Positions 8,880-17,058 of a stretch of DNA of 64,000 bases are shown piece by piece. Made by a program: the position numbers and the translations under genes. The DNA is taken from IMG/VR virus record IMGVR_UViG_3300045988_130745; one strand, 5' to 3'. The notes under the pieces were generated by a model. It worked only from the letters and a program-made list of their open reading frames with translations. It did no database searches and was not told the DNA's origin. The first letter of the stretch is position 1. The number at the start of each line of letters is the position of its first letter. This DNA is from a virus.

Positions 8880-9596
8880 ATGTATTTTCTTGGAGATGTT
8901 CATGCAGAATCTCCTTTAATGGAAGGTTTTCTTGAATCAAAAGAGAAATATTGCCTTCAATTAGGTGATTTCGGCTTTATTTTCAAGTATAATGATTGGA
9001 AATGGAATAAGTTTCTTAATCATTTCGCGCGAGATTATCCAGAAAAAATGATTTTCACTATTTTAGGTAATCACGAGAATTATGATTCTATTGAGAAAAT
9101 GCCAATTAAGACAATATTTGGTGCGCGGTGTAGAGAAATTCGTTCAAATGTGTACGCAGTAGAGCGTGGAGAAATCCTTTCTATTGAAGGACTGAATATT
9201 CTTTGTATTGGTGGCGCGGATTCTATTGATAAAGTATATCGAGAGCCTAAAGAATCTTGGTGGCATCAAGAAGCAATTACCAGTCAAGATGTTATTAAAA
9301 CCGTAGACAAAGGTTTAACTCATTCTTTTGATATGATTTGTTCTCATACAATGCCTGCATTTTTTATGGATAAAAAATTTGCAACGCTTTTTAACACAGG
9401 TTCAGAGTTTTCTCTTGAAAAAATTTATTGCGATATTGAAAACAATGATAAACATATTCCTTTGTGGCTTGGCGGCCACGTTCATGCTTCAATAAGTTTA
9501 TCTTATAATGATACTTTATTTCGTACTCTTAATATTGGAGAAGGAATTGAATATCGTCAAGGAGACTCAATTAAAGATAAATTTCTAATCCAATAA
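8880..9596 (+). CDS. calcineurin-like metallophosphoesterase
   Basis: GDVH, GDFG, GNHE and GGHVH motifs in canonical order. No TAG. Confidence 0.75.
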   Translation: MYFLGDVHAESPLMEGFLESKEKYCLQLGDFGFIFKYNDWKWNKFLNHFARDYPEKMIFTILGNHENYDSIEKMPIKTIFGARCREIRSNVYAVERGEILSIEGLNILCIGGADSIDKVYREPKESWWHQEAITSQDVIKTVDKGLTHSFDMICSHTMPAFFMDKKFATLFNTGSEFSLEKIYCDIENNDKHIPLWLGGHVHASISLSYNDTLFRTLNIGEGIEYRQGDSIKDKFLIQ

Positions 9597-9625
9597 TTGA
9601 CTTTTTAAAGATTATATGCTATAAT
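9597..9625 (+). promoter_or_regulatory. family promoter
   Basis: TTGACT 9597-9602 and TATAAT 9620-9625. Confidence 0.75.
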
Positions 9626-9657
9626 ATTTATAGAAAATCGGAAAGGAAATAAATTTT

Positions 9658-9873
9658 ATGGAAAAGATTAAGACTTCTCGCTATGCGCTTGGTACTAATT
9701 ATACTATGCCGGGTTCGGTGACTAATTTTGATAATTTCTTCATTGATAAGAAGAATGCTAAGGCAGTTTATACTAAATACACTCGTTTTGCCGCAAAGCG
9801 AGATAAGGAAATGGGTTTGATTACTGATGCGGCTTACAATGAGATTATGCGCCAGTTGAGTTTTAGGAAGTAA
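9658..9873 (+). CDS. hypothetical protein (GC-richer, TAG-free)
   Basis: 71-aa ORF with an SD-like GGAAAGGAAA upstream. CGT/GCT-rich codon usage like 10482-11972. Confidence 0.6.
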   Translation: MEKIKTSRYALGTNYTMPGSVTNFDNFFIDKKNAKAVYTKYTRFAAKRDKEMGLITDAAYNEIMRQLSFRK

Positions 9874-9885
9874 GAAATGAAATAA

Positions 9886-9914
9886 TTGACTTTCTATGAA
9901 TGTTATGATATAAT
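9886..9914 (+). promoter_or_regulatory. family promoter
   Basis: TTGACT 9886-9891 and TATAAT 9909-9914. Drives E1 and tRNA-Leu. Confidence 0.75.
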
Positions 9915-9930
9915 ATTTATAGAAACTTGA

Positions 9931-9989
9931 GAGACGATTACAGCAAGATTTAAACATAATGCTGTGAACTTATGGAAAAAATCGTCTCG
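9931..9989 (+). ncRNA. stem-CAGCAA element E1
   Basis: Helix gagacgatt/aatcgtctc, CAGCAA after the 5' strand, inner hairpin acagca/tgctgt, 3' G then TTTT. Confidence 0.5.
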
Positions 9990-9995
9990 TTTTAT

Positions 9996-10082
9996 GCTCG
10001 TGTGGTGGAATTGGCAGACACCAGGGACTTAAAATCCCTTGTTGGAAACAGCGTGCGGGTTCAAATCCCGCCATGAGCACCA
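9996..10082 (+). tRNA. tRNA-Leu (UAA), type II
   Basis: Acceptor gctcgtg/catgagc, anticodon loop CTTAAAA, long variable arm, T loop TTCAAAT, CCA encoded. Confidence 0.85.
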
Positions 10083-10216
10083 GTGGTTAGAACCAAACCA
10101 TTGACCAAAAGGTTCTCGAACGCCTTATCGTTACATGTGTGCTGACTTGGGCAGGTTCAAGATGAATCTGCGGCCTGGCACAGGCAGAAAAGAGCGTGGT
10201 TGCTCAGTGCTTATAT

Positions 10217-10295
10217 GGGGGATGGAATTGCTAGGAGTGATTGCCTGTTTTGCAAACAGGATAGCAGATGGGTTCGAATCCCATATCCTCCACCA
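10217..10295 (+). tRNA. tRNA-Ala (UGC)
   Basis: Anticodon stem cctgt/acagg with loop TTTGCAA. G3-U70 pair in acceptor gggggat/atcctcc. T loop TTCGAAT, CCA encoded. D arm is unusually long. Confidence 0.65.
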
Positions 10296-10374
10296 TTAAA
10301 TCTTTCCGAAACGGCGAGGGTCGTAGCGAATTATCTAAACGTAGCCAACGTTTTCTGGCGGCACAGGAAAGATT

Positions 10375-10455
10375 AAGACACATTTCAGCAAATTTTAATT
10401 ACCTTGCCATGTTTAAGGTATCCGACATTGCCGGATTTTATTATTTAGTGTCTTG
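10375..10455 (+). ncRNA. stem-CAGCAA element E2, in the 5' leader of the DUF2828/vWA gene
   Basis: Helix aagacac/gtgtctt and TTTCAGCAAA. Ends 27 nt before the ATG at 10482. Confidence 0.5.
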
Positions 10456-10481
10456 AGTTCCTCAAGAGAAAGGAAGAATAT

Positions 10482-11972
10482 ATGAATAAGTTTGTAAATG
10501 CTATTTCCAATGAGGCTTCTCTTAATGGTTCTGCGAAGTTGACCGAGAATGGTGCAATTGCTCGCTCTACCACTGGGGATTGTCTGCTTGATTTTTATGC
10601 GGTTTCTGGTGCGTTGCGTACTCGCAGTGAAGCTGATATTTTGAGTCTCTTTAAGAAGGCTTGGAATGAGAATCCTCTGTATGCGCTGAAGACTGTGTTT
10701 ATGACTCGTGATATTCGCGGTGGACGTGGAGAGCGTCGTACTGCTCGTATCATTCTGAAGTATCTGGCAGATGTCGCGCCGCAGACTGTTATCAAGAACT
10801 TTGATAATATCATGGAGATGGGTCGTGCTGATGACTTTTATGAGTTCGTTGGCACTTCTGTCGAATCTGCTATGTGGCAGTATTTGCGTAATCAGATTGT
10901 TGAAGACTTGAAGAATATGCGTGCGGAGAAGCCTATTTCTTTGACCGCAAAGTGGCTGAAGTCTATTAACACTTCTTCTAAGGAGTCTCGTGCGCTTGGT
11001 CGTAAGACTGCTCGTGCGCTTGGCCTGACCGAACGTGAATATCGTAAGACTCTTTCTCGGCTGCGTAATTACCTCAAGGTTGTTGAGGTAAAGATGTCTG
11101 CTGGCGAGTGGACCGATATTGATTATGCTGCGGTGCCTGCTGTAGCGATGAATCGTTATCGTAAGGCTTTTAAGCGTCATAATCCTTCTGCTTTCGATAC
11201 TTATATCGAAAAGGTCGAAAAGGGTGAAGAGAAGATTAATGCTTCTACTTTGTATCCTTATGACCTGGTAGAAAAGATTATGCAGAACAATAGCTACTGG
11301 TCTACTGATGTTAAGGAAGACCCCGTTATTGAAGCTCAGTGGAAGGCTTTGCCCAACTACATTGAGGGTGAGAATAACGTGCTGGTTATGGCTGACGTAA
11401 GTGGTTCTATGTATGGTCGTCCTATGGCTACTTCTGTTGGCTTGGCAATTTATTTTGCCGAGCGCAATAAGGGTGCTTTTAAGAACACTTACATGACCTT
11501 TACTAACTGTCCTCATTATATCCAGATTCAGCCTGGTCAGACTCTGGCGGAAAAGGTTGAAGCCGTGATGCGTACTGATGTCGGTTATAGCACTAATTTG
11601 GAGCGTGCATTTATGCAGGTTCTGGATACTGCCGTGATGAATCGTGTACCTCAGAAGGATATGCCTAAGGCAATGGTGGTTATTTCCGACATGGAAATTG
11701 ATCGCTACTTCCGTGGACAGGGACTTGATTTCGTGTCTGAGATGGTCCGTCGTTTCCGCGCGGCTGGCTATCAGATGCCTCGTCTGGTTCTTTGGAACGT
11801 ACAGGCTCGTTCCAACACTTTCCACGCCAACTCTACTAATCCTTATGTTACTTTTGCGAGTGGGCAGGGTGTTGCGGAGTTTAAGAATGTGTTGGCCGGC
11901 ATTTCTCTTGACGCTTATGCAGCAATGATGAAGGCTTTGGATGACGAGCGTTATGCTTCTGTTGTCCTGTAA
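10482..11972 (+). CDS. DUF2828-like protein with C-terminal vWA domain (TROVE/Ro60-like architecture)
   Basis: 496 aa. N-terminal helical region contains NPLYALKTVFMTRDIRGGRGERR. C-terminal MADVSGSM fits a DxSxS MIDAS motif. No TAG. Clearly higher GC than its neighbours. Confidence 0.7.
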   Translation: MNKFVNAISNEASLNGSAKLTENGAIARSTTGDCLLDFYAVSGALRTRSEADILSLFKKAWNENPLYALKTVFMTRDIRGGRGERRTARIILKYLADVAPQTVIKNFDNIMEMGRADDFYEFVGTSVESAMWQYLRNQIVEDLKNMRAEKPISLTAKWLKSINTSSKESRALGRKTARALGLTEREYRKTLSRLRNYLKVVEVKMSAGEWTDIDYAAVPAVAMNRYRKAFKRHNPSAFDTYIEKVEKGEEKINASTLYPYDLVEKIMQNNSYWSTDVKEDPVIEAQWKALPNYIEGENNVLVMADVSGSMYGRPMATSVGLAIYFAERNKGAFKNTYMTFTNCPHYIQIQPGQTLAEKVEAVMRTDVGYSTNLERAFMQVLDTAVMNRVPQKDMPKAMVVISDMEIDRYFRGQGLDFVSEMVRRFRAAGYQMPRLVLWNVQARSNTFHANSTNPYVTFASGQGVAEFKNVLAGISLDAYAAMMKALDDERYASVVL

Positions 11973-12065
11973 ATGAACGATTAAAAGGTGTTCTAAAATT
12001 TTCTTGCTTTGCAAGTTGGGTAAATAAGAAGTTAGGACCAAGTGATGGGAGTTCAAGCCTTTTAA

Positions 12066-12094
12066 TTGACTTTTTATGATTTCTATGATATAAT
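12066..12094 (+). promoter_or_regulatory. family promoter
   Basis: TTGACT 12066-12071 and TATAAT 12089-12094. Confidence 0.75.
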
Positions 12095-12111
12095 ATTTAT
12101 AGAAATCAATT

Positions 12112-12296
12112 AGATGGATTCAGCAATTAAAGTTTTTTAGATATAAATTATTATTTTAATTGTACAGATTTAGCTATTTTCTCGGTGAAATTTGGACATT
12201 TCATTTAGAGGTTGCTGTCAAGATGTTCTTATAGCTAAATCACCGCGCGGTACTTTTAACTTTTAACTTTTAACTTTTAACTTTTAATCCATCTAG
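12112..12296 (+). ncRNA. stem-CAGCAA element E3 (long variant)
   Basis: Helix agatggatt/aatccatct, which covaries relative to other copies. CAGCAA follows the 5' strand. Contains a 7-mer tandem repeat. Confidence 0.45.
12253..12287 (+). repeat. tandem repeat (CTTTTAA) x5
   Basis: Five perfect head-to-tail 7-nt units, read directly. Confidence 0.9.
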
Positions 12297-12305
12297 TTTT
12301 TATAT

Positions 12306-12381
12306 GACTTCGTAGCTCAGATGGTAGAGCAGTGGCCTGAAGAGCCGCGCGTCGAGGTCTCGAAAGCCTCCGAAGTCACCA
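12306..12381 (+). tRNA. tRNA-Phe (GAA)
   Basis: Acceptor gacttcg/cgaagtc, canonical D arm agctcagatggtagagc, anticodon loop CTGAAGA, CCA encoded. T loop CTCGAAA is atypical. Confidence 0.8.
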
Positions 12382-12390
12382 TTTATTATT

Positions 12391-12528
12391 AAGACGATTT
12401 CAGCAAATAATTTTTAAATATAATTAATAGCGTAGGGCTAGCAGTTATTGGTTCGAATCCAATCGACCCCACTTGAGGGGTTGTAGCTTAATTGGCAAAG
12501 CGGCTAATAAATTATTGATGTCGTCTTG
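12391..12528 (+). ncRNA. stem-CAGCAA element E4 enclosing a circularly permuted tRNA-like module
   Basis: Order: helix 5' strand aagacga, CAGCAA, small hairpin, T arm attgg-TTCGAAT-ccaat, acceptor 3' strand cgacccc, 6-nt loop, acceptor 5' strand ggggttg, D arm gctt-aattggca-aagc, helix 3' strand tcgtctt. There is no anticodon loop. Confidence 0.5.
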
Positions 12529-12534
12529 TTTTAT

Positions 12535-12625
12535 ACTCCCTTATCTCAACGGTAGAGAAGCGGACTTATAACCCGTATTAGCACCAGATTAGTGCATGAT
12601 GTCCGTTCGAATCGGACAGGGAGTA
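12535..12625 (+). tRNA. type-II-like tRNA with UAU anticodon (identity ambiguous)
   Basis: Acceptor actccct/agggagt, anticodon loop CTTATAA, 24-nt variable arm with a gcac/gtgc stem, T arm gtccg-TTCGAAT-cggac. No encoded CCA. Confidence 0.55.
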
Positions 12626-12632
12626 TTTATAT

Positions 12633-12708
12633 CGGGGATTAGCGCAGTTGGTAGCGTACTTGATTTGGGATCAAGGGGTCGCGAGTTCGAGTCTCGCATC
12701 TTCGACCA
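12633..12708 (+). tRNA. tRNA-Pro (UGG)
   Basis: Anticodon stem cttga/tcaag with loop TTTGGGA, T loop TTCGAGT, CCA encoded. Confidence 0.85.
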
Positions 12709-12793
12709 TTAGGGAAGCGCTGAGTAGCTACAGCGAGACTAAGGTGCCTTCACACCGGCCTTATATTTTATTTATTCTGAAGGAGAATAAATT

Positions 12794-13588
12794 ATGTATA
12801 ATCCTATTTGTGGTATTTATAAAATTACTAATTTGATTAATGGACATTGCTATATTGGGCAAAGTAGGAATATTAAGAAACGATGGGAAGAGCATCGAAC
12901 TAGAGCTTTTAATATTAAAGATGATGGATATAATTATCCTCTTTATAAAAGTTTTAGAAAATATGGTCTTTAGAACTTTTCTTTTGAAATAATTGAGCAA
13001 TGCTCAGAAAAGTAGTTAAACGAAAAAGAAAATTATTGGATTTAGTTTTATTAGGCAAATTATAATTAGACTATTGGACAAGATTATTAGGTAGTTCCTA
13101 AAAAATTAACAATAGAGGAAGTACAAGAAATACAAAATTACTTAATTGAAAGTTCAAATGATTCTTTAGATATTTCATTAAAATAGTTGGCAGAAAATTA
13201 TCATGTTTCTTAGCTTACTATTCGAGATATTAATGTAGGACGTTCTTGGGCTAATAGTAAATTAAAATATCCTTTGTACCAATCTAAATATAATCCGAAT
13301 AATAAAATAACTAATAACTATTGTCCTATTTGCGGATAGAAAATTTCTTAGAAAGCTAAATTTTGTCCTCAGTATTATTCAACTATAAATATCAGTCCTC
13401 GAAAAAGTAAAATTAATATCACAAGAGAAGAATTAAAAAGACGAATTAGAATAGAATCTTTTTCTTAGATAAGCAAAGATTTTAATGTTAGTGATAATGG
13501 TATAAGAAAGAAATGCCAAAAGCTAAATCTTCCTTATCGTAAGAAAGATATAGATACTTATTCTGATGAAGAATGGGCAAAACTTTAA
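12794..13588 (+). CDS. GIY-YIG homing-endonuclease-like protein (copy b)
   Basis: MYNPICGIYKITNLINGHCYIGQS... 265 codons are open only with TAG as sense (many TAG). C-terminus resembles copies a, c and d. Conserved leader upstream. Confidence 0.85.
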
Positions 13589-13611
13589 GAGGTTTTACCT
13601 CTTTTATATTG

Positions 13612-13688
13612 CGGGATGTAGCAGTAGTTCGCTAACGGGTCTCATAAGCCCGTGTAGGCCGTGAGCATAACCGGCTCCCGCATCCAAT
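13612..13688 (+). tRNA. tRNA with CAU anticodon (Met, fMet or Ile2)
   Basis: Acceptor tgcggga/tcccgca, D stem tagc/gcta, anticodon loop CTCATAA, CCA encoded. T arm is non-canonical. Confidence 0.6.
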
Positions 13689-13833
13689 AAAACCTTCGTT
13701 AAAACAACTCTCTAAACCTTTGGGTCTACGGTAGTGCTTTGACGGAAGCCTAGGTTAAGCGTAATGAGTTGACGAGACCTAGTTAATTACAGATAAGCCA
13801 GCGGGTTTCTGCGAAGGTCACCCGCAATCATAC

Positions 13834-13909
13834 GGGTATAGCTCAGTTGGTAGAGCATCTGGCTTACATCCAGAAGGTCAACAGTTCAAGCCTGTTTATC
13901 CGTTCCATT
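13834..13909 (+). tRNA. tRNA-Val (UAC)
   Basis: Acceptor acgggta/tatccgt, D arm agctcagttggtagagc, anticodon loop CTTACAT, T loop TTCAAGC, CCA encoded. Confidence 0.85.
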
Positions 13910-13913
13910 AGAG

Positions 13914-14000
13914 ACACATTTAAAACAGCAATTATTTTTGGTTAAAATACTAATCTGATAAATTGGTTAAGCAGTTCAAATCTGTAAGTTGTGTCTTGTT
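13914..14000 (+). ncRNA. stem-CAGCAA element E5 (contains one T-arm-like hairpin)
   Basis: Helix agacaca/tgtgtct, CAGCAA, internal gcag-TTCAAAT-ctgt hairpin, 3' TG then TTTT. Confidence 0.45.
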
Positions 14001-14004
14001 TTGC

Positions 14005-14093
14005 GGAGTGAACCAGTCGGGGAACTGGGTACGCCTGCTAAGCGTTACGACAGAGAGATCTGTTTGGGGTCGGCACCCACGCTCCGCGCCATA
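14005..14093 (+). tRNA. tRNA-Ser (GCU), type II
   Basis: Acceptor gcggagt/gctccgc, anticodon loop CTGCTAA, variable-arm hairpin acaga-gaga-tctgt, CCA encoded. T loop GTCGGCA is atypical. Confidence 0.7.
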
Positions 14094-14096
14094 AGC

Positions 14097-14173
14097 ATCT
14101 ATAGGCAAATTGGCAAAGCCGGCACATTTAGGATGTGCTGTTTAAGAGTTCAAGTCTCTTTGGATGCACCAAT
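14097..14173 (+). tRNA. tRNA with UAG anticodon (Leu by anticodon), short variable region
   Basis: Acceptor gcatcta/tggatgc, anticodon stem gcaca/tgtgc with loop TTTAGGA, T loop TTCAAGT, CCA encoded. Shares its D arm with tRNA(CAA) at 1343. Confidence 0.7.
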
Positions 14174-14241
14174 AGTCATATAATTGAAACGGAAATGGGC
14201 ATAAGTCGGAAATGGTTGATATTTTATGACTTTTTAATAAA

Positions 14242-14358
14242 GACGATTGCAGCAATAATTCTTAACAAGAATTTATCATCGGTTCAACTCCGATATTACC
14301 CGCCATTAAACAGAGTAATTAGCTCAATTGGTAGAGCGCTTCTTTTAATCGTCTTGAA
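14242..14358 (+). ncRNA. stem-CAGCAA element E6 enclosing a circularly permuted tRNA-like module
   Basis: Perfect 9-bp helix aagacgatt/aatcgtctt and GCAGCAA. Then hairpin aattctt-aac-aagaatt, T arm atcgg-TTCAACT-ccgat, acceptor 3' strand attaccc followed by GCCA, loop, acceptor 5' strand gagtaat, and D arm agctcaattggtagagc. Confidence 0.5.
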
Positions 14359-14398
14359 ATTGAATAATTCTAGTCAGACAATAACAGCTACCCAACGT

Positions 14399-14467
14399 CA
14401 GGATAGTGTAGAGGTTAGCACGCTGTGAAAGACCAGTATCCTGGGTTCGAATCCCAGTCCTGAGGAA
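14399..14467 (+). tRNA. tRNA-like gene with truncated or aberrant anticodon arm (possible pseudo-tRNA)
   Basis: Good D arm (gtgt-agaggtta-gcac), T arm (ctggg-TTCGAAT-cccag) and acceptor. The anticodon arm is 3-4 nt too short, with a loop near TGAAAGAC. No CCA. Confidence 0.4.
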
Positions 14468-14498
14468 ACGTACATTGTCTAGTTGAAAGGTATCTTAA

Positions 14499-14684
14499 AT
14501 GAGGATGAATGTATTTACGGGACGAGGTAATTCATATGACTCCGCCGCAGAACAAGCACAGGATGATTTAATCAATTATTGCCAAGTTAATTGTATATCT
14601 GGTAATGATGTGATTTCATTAGCACCAACAGTTGTTAGCGATCAATTCGGTTATATAATTTCTTTGTGGCTCTTGTTAAAGTGA
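14499..14684 (+). CDS. hypothetical small protein
   Basis: 61-aa ORF from the track. No recognisable motif. Confidence 0.35.
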   Translation: MRMNVFTGRGNSYDSAAEQAQDDLINYCQVNCISGNDVISLAPTVVSDQFGYIISLWLLLK

Positions 14685-14781
14685 TACTAGATTTAGATAC
14701 AAAATTCAATAGAACTACTAAATATATAGTAGGAAATGAAGCTCCAATTTTGTTGGGGCTTCTTTTTATAAGGAGGCTCCA

Positions 14782-17058
14782 ATGAATAAAGTTATTAAAA
14801 GAAATGGCTAGGAAGTTGATTTTAAGATTGAAAAAATTGAAAGAGCTATTTCTGCGGCAAATAATGAAGTCGAAGGTGCAGACAAAATAAGTGTAATTGG
14901 GTTACGCTCTATTGTTGATGAAGTTGAAAGACAATGTGAGAGAGCTACTCATGCGCTTAATGTAGAAGATATTCAGAATATTGTTGAAGAAACTATTATG
15001 GAAGAGGGATATTTTGAAGTCGCACGACATTATATTAAATATCGTTATCTCCATGAAATGATTCGTGACCAATATCAAGTTTTAATGAATGAAGTGTCTA
15101 AGAAACTTGACGCGACTGACATTCAAAATCAAAATGCAAACGTTGACGAAGCATCTTTCGGTGGGCGCCAAGGTGAGGCATCAAATTATTTAACTAGTCA
15201 ATATGCTCTTGATTATTGTATGTCAAAAATGGCAAGAGAAAATCATTTGAATAATGAAATTTATACTCATGATCTTTCTTCTTATGCTGTTGGTTGCCAT
15301 AATTGTTTGACAATTCCTTTTGATGATTTACTTGCAAAAGGTTTTAATACTCGTCAAACAGATGTTCGTCCCGCGCAATCGGTTAGTACTGCTTTTCAAT
15401 TAGTTGCAGTTATTTTTCAAATTCAATCATTGCAACAATTCGGTGGAGTTAGTGCAAGTCATCTTGATTGGACAATGGTTCCTTATGTAAGAAAGAGCTT
15501 CCGTAAGCATTATCGAGACGGTAGAAAATATATCTATTTTGATAATGAAGGGGATAGAGTCAGAGGAATTGCTGATGAAGCGGTCTTGGCTAAAGATGAT
15601 TTTAGTATTACCGATCCTATTTTTGAAAAATATTATCCAAAAGCATATAAATATGCAATGGATATGACTGAACGCGAAGTCCATCAAGCTGTTGAGGGAA
15701 TGTATCATAATCTTAATACTCTTCAGTCTCGCTCTGGCAATCAATTACCGTTTACTTCAATTAATTACGGGACTTGCACTTTACCCGAAGGACGCATGAT
15801 TACTAAAGCTTTGCTTGAAGTTTCTATTGACGGTATTGGAGAATTGCATAGAACTTCTATTTTCCCTTGTGGTATTTTTCAAGTAATGAAAGGTGTTAAT
15901 AAAGAGCCTGGTACTCCTAACTATGATTTGTATAGATTGGCTTTAAAGTCAACAGCTCAGAGACTTTATCCTAATTATGCCAATGTTGATTGGAGTGGTA
16001 ATGCTGGTTATGATAGGAATGATCCTCGTACTTACTTTTCAACCATGGGCTGTAGAACTGCAAATGGCTGGGACATTAATGGTTTTGGTCAATTAAAAGA
16101 TGGACGCGGAAATATTTGCCCAGTAACAATTATTCTTCCTACACTTGCAATGGAAGCAAAAGAGTATATTCTCAAACACTCTACTGGTGAAGATCTCGAA
16201 GGACAAACAGTTGATAAATTTTTGTCTGTTCTCGATCAAAAATTGTATGAAGCAAAAGATCAATTAATTGAGCGTTTTGAATGGATTTGTAAGCAAAGTC
16301 CAGAAGCCGCGAAATTCATGTATGAGAACAATGTTATGGCTGGATATAATCCAGAAGAAGGAATCCGCTCTGCTTTGAAACATGGTACTTTAGCTATTGG
16401 TTTATTAGGCATGGCAGAAACACTCCAAATTCTTATTGGATGCAATCAACTTGAACCAGAAGGTATGGAACTAGCTAAACGAATTTGCCAGTTGTATAAA
16501 ATTCGTTGTGCAGAATTTAAAGAGCAATATAAATTAAATTTTGGTGTTTACTACACTCCCGCTGAAAATTTATGTTATACTGCGATGAAGAAGTTCCAAA
16601 AAAAATACGGTAAGATTCCTAATATTTCTGATAGAGATTTCTTTACTAATTCTATTCATGTTCCTGTTTGGGAAGAAATAGATATTTTCAAAAAGATTGA
16701 CATTGAATCTCAATTAACTGGATATTCTAGCGCGGGTTGCATCACTTATATTGAACTTGACTCAGGCGCAAAACATAACATTGATGCTCTTGAAACAATA
16801 GTTAATTATGCAATGGACCATGATATTCCTTATTTTGCAATCAATGTTCCTAATGATATGTGTATGGATTGCGGCTATACTGATGAAATTGGTAACGATT
16901 GTCCTCAATGTCATGGCGAAAATATTCGTCGTTTGCGCAGAGTGACAGGATATTTAACTGGTGATTATAAAACTGCTTTTAATCCTGGCAAGCAAGCCGA
17001 AGCAGAAGCAAGATTTAAGCATAGTAAAATTACCAAATTTGGGAAAGGGAATAATTAA
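14782..17058 (+). CDS. nrdD: anaerobic ribonucleoside-triphosphate reductase with N-terminal ATP-cone
   Basis: MNKVIKRNG[TAG]EVDF is an ATP-cone start. C-terminal CMDCGY..CPQCHG zinc ribbon and RRVTGYL glycyl-radical motif. In frame with track ORF 14998-17058. Confidence 0.9.

Noticed and set aside
9996-10082. tRNA whose anticodon sequence is TAA, considered as an ochre suppressor
   Set aside because: Anticodon UAA decodes the Leu codons UUA and UUG, not the stop codon UAA. The long variable arm fits tRNA-Leu, and TAA is used as a genuine stop throughout.
10413-12056. 547-aa ORF on the minus strand, the longest reverse ORF in the track
   Set aside because: It is exactly antisense to the well-supported DUF2828/vWA gene. 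Its product is low-complexity (rich in R, S, L, T, H) with no motifs. It arises from the strong codon bias of the + strand gene.
12648-14428. Short track ORFs overlapping tRNA genes: 1034-1219, 1212-1421, 10268-10456, 12648-12836, 13989-14428, 45996-46190, 49365-49607 and 62293-62532
   Set aside because: They run through well-folded tRNA genes or RNA elements and lack start contexts.
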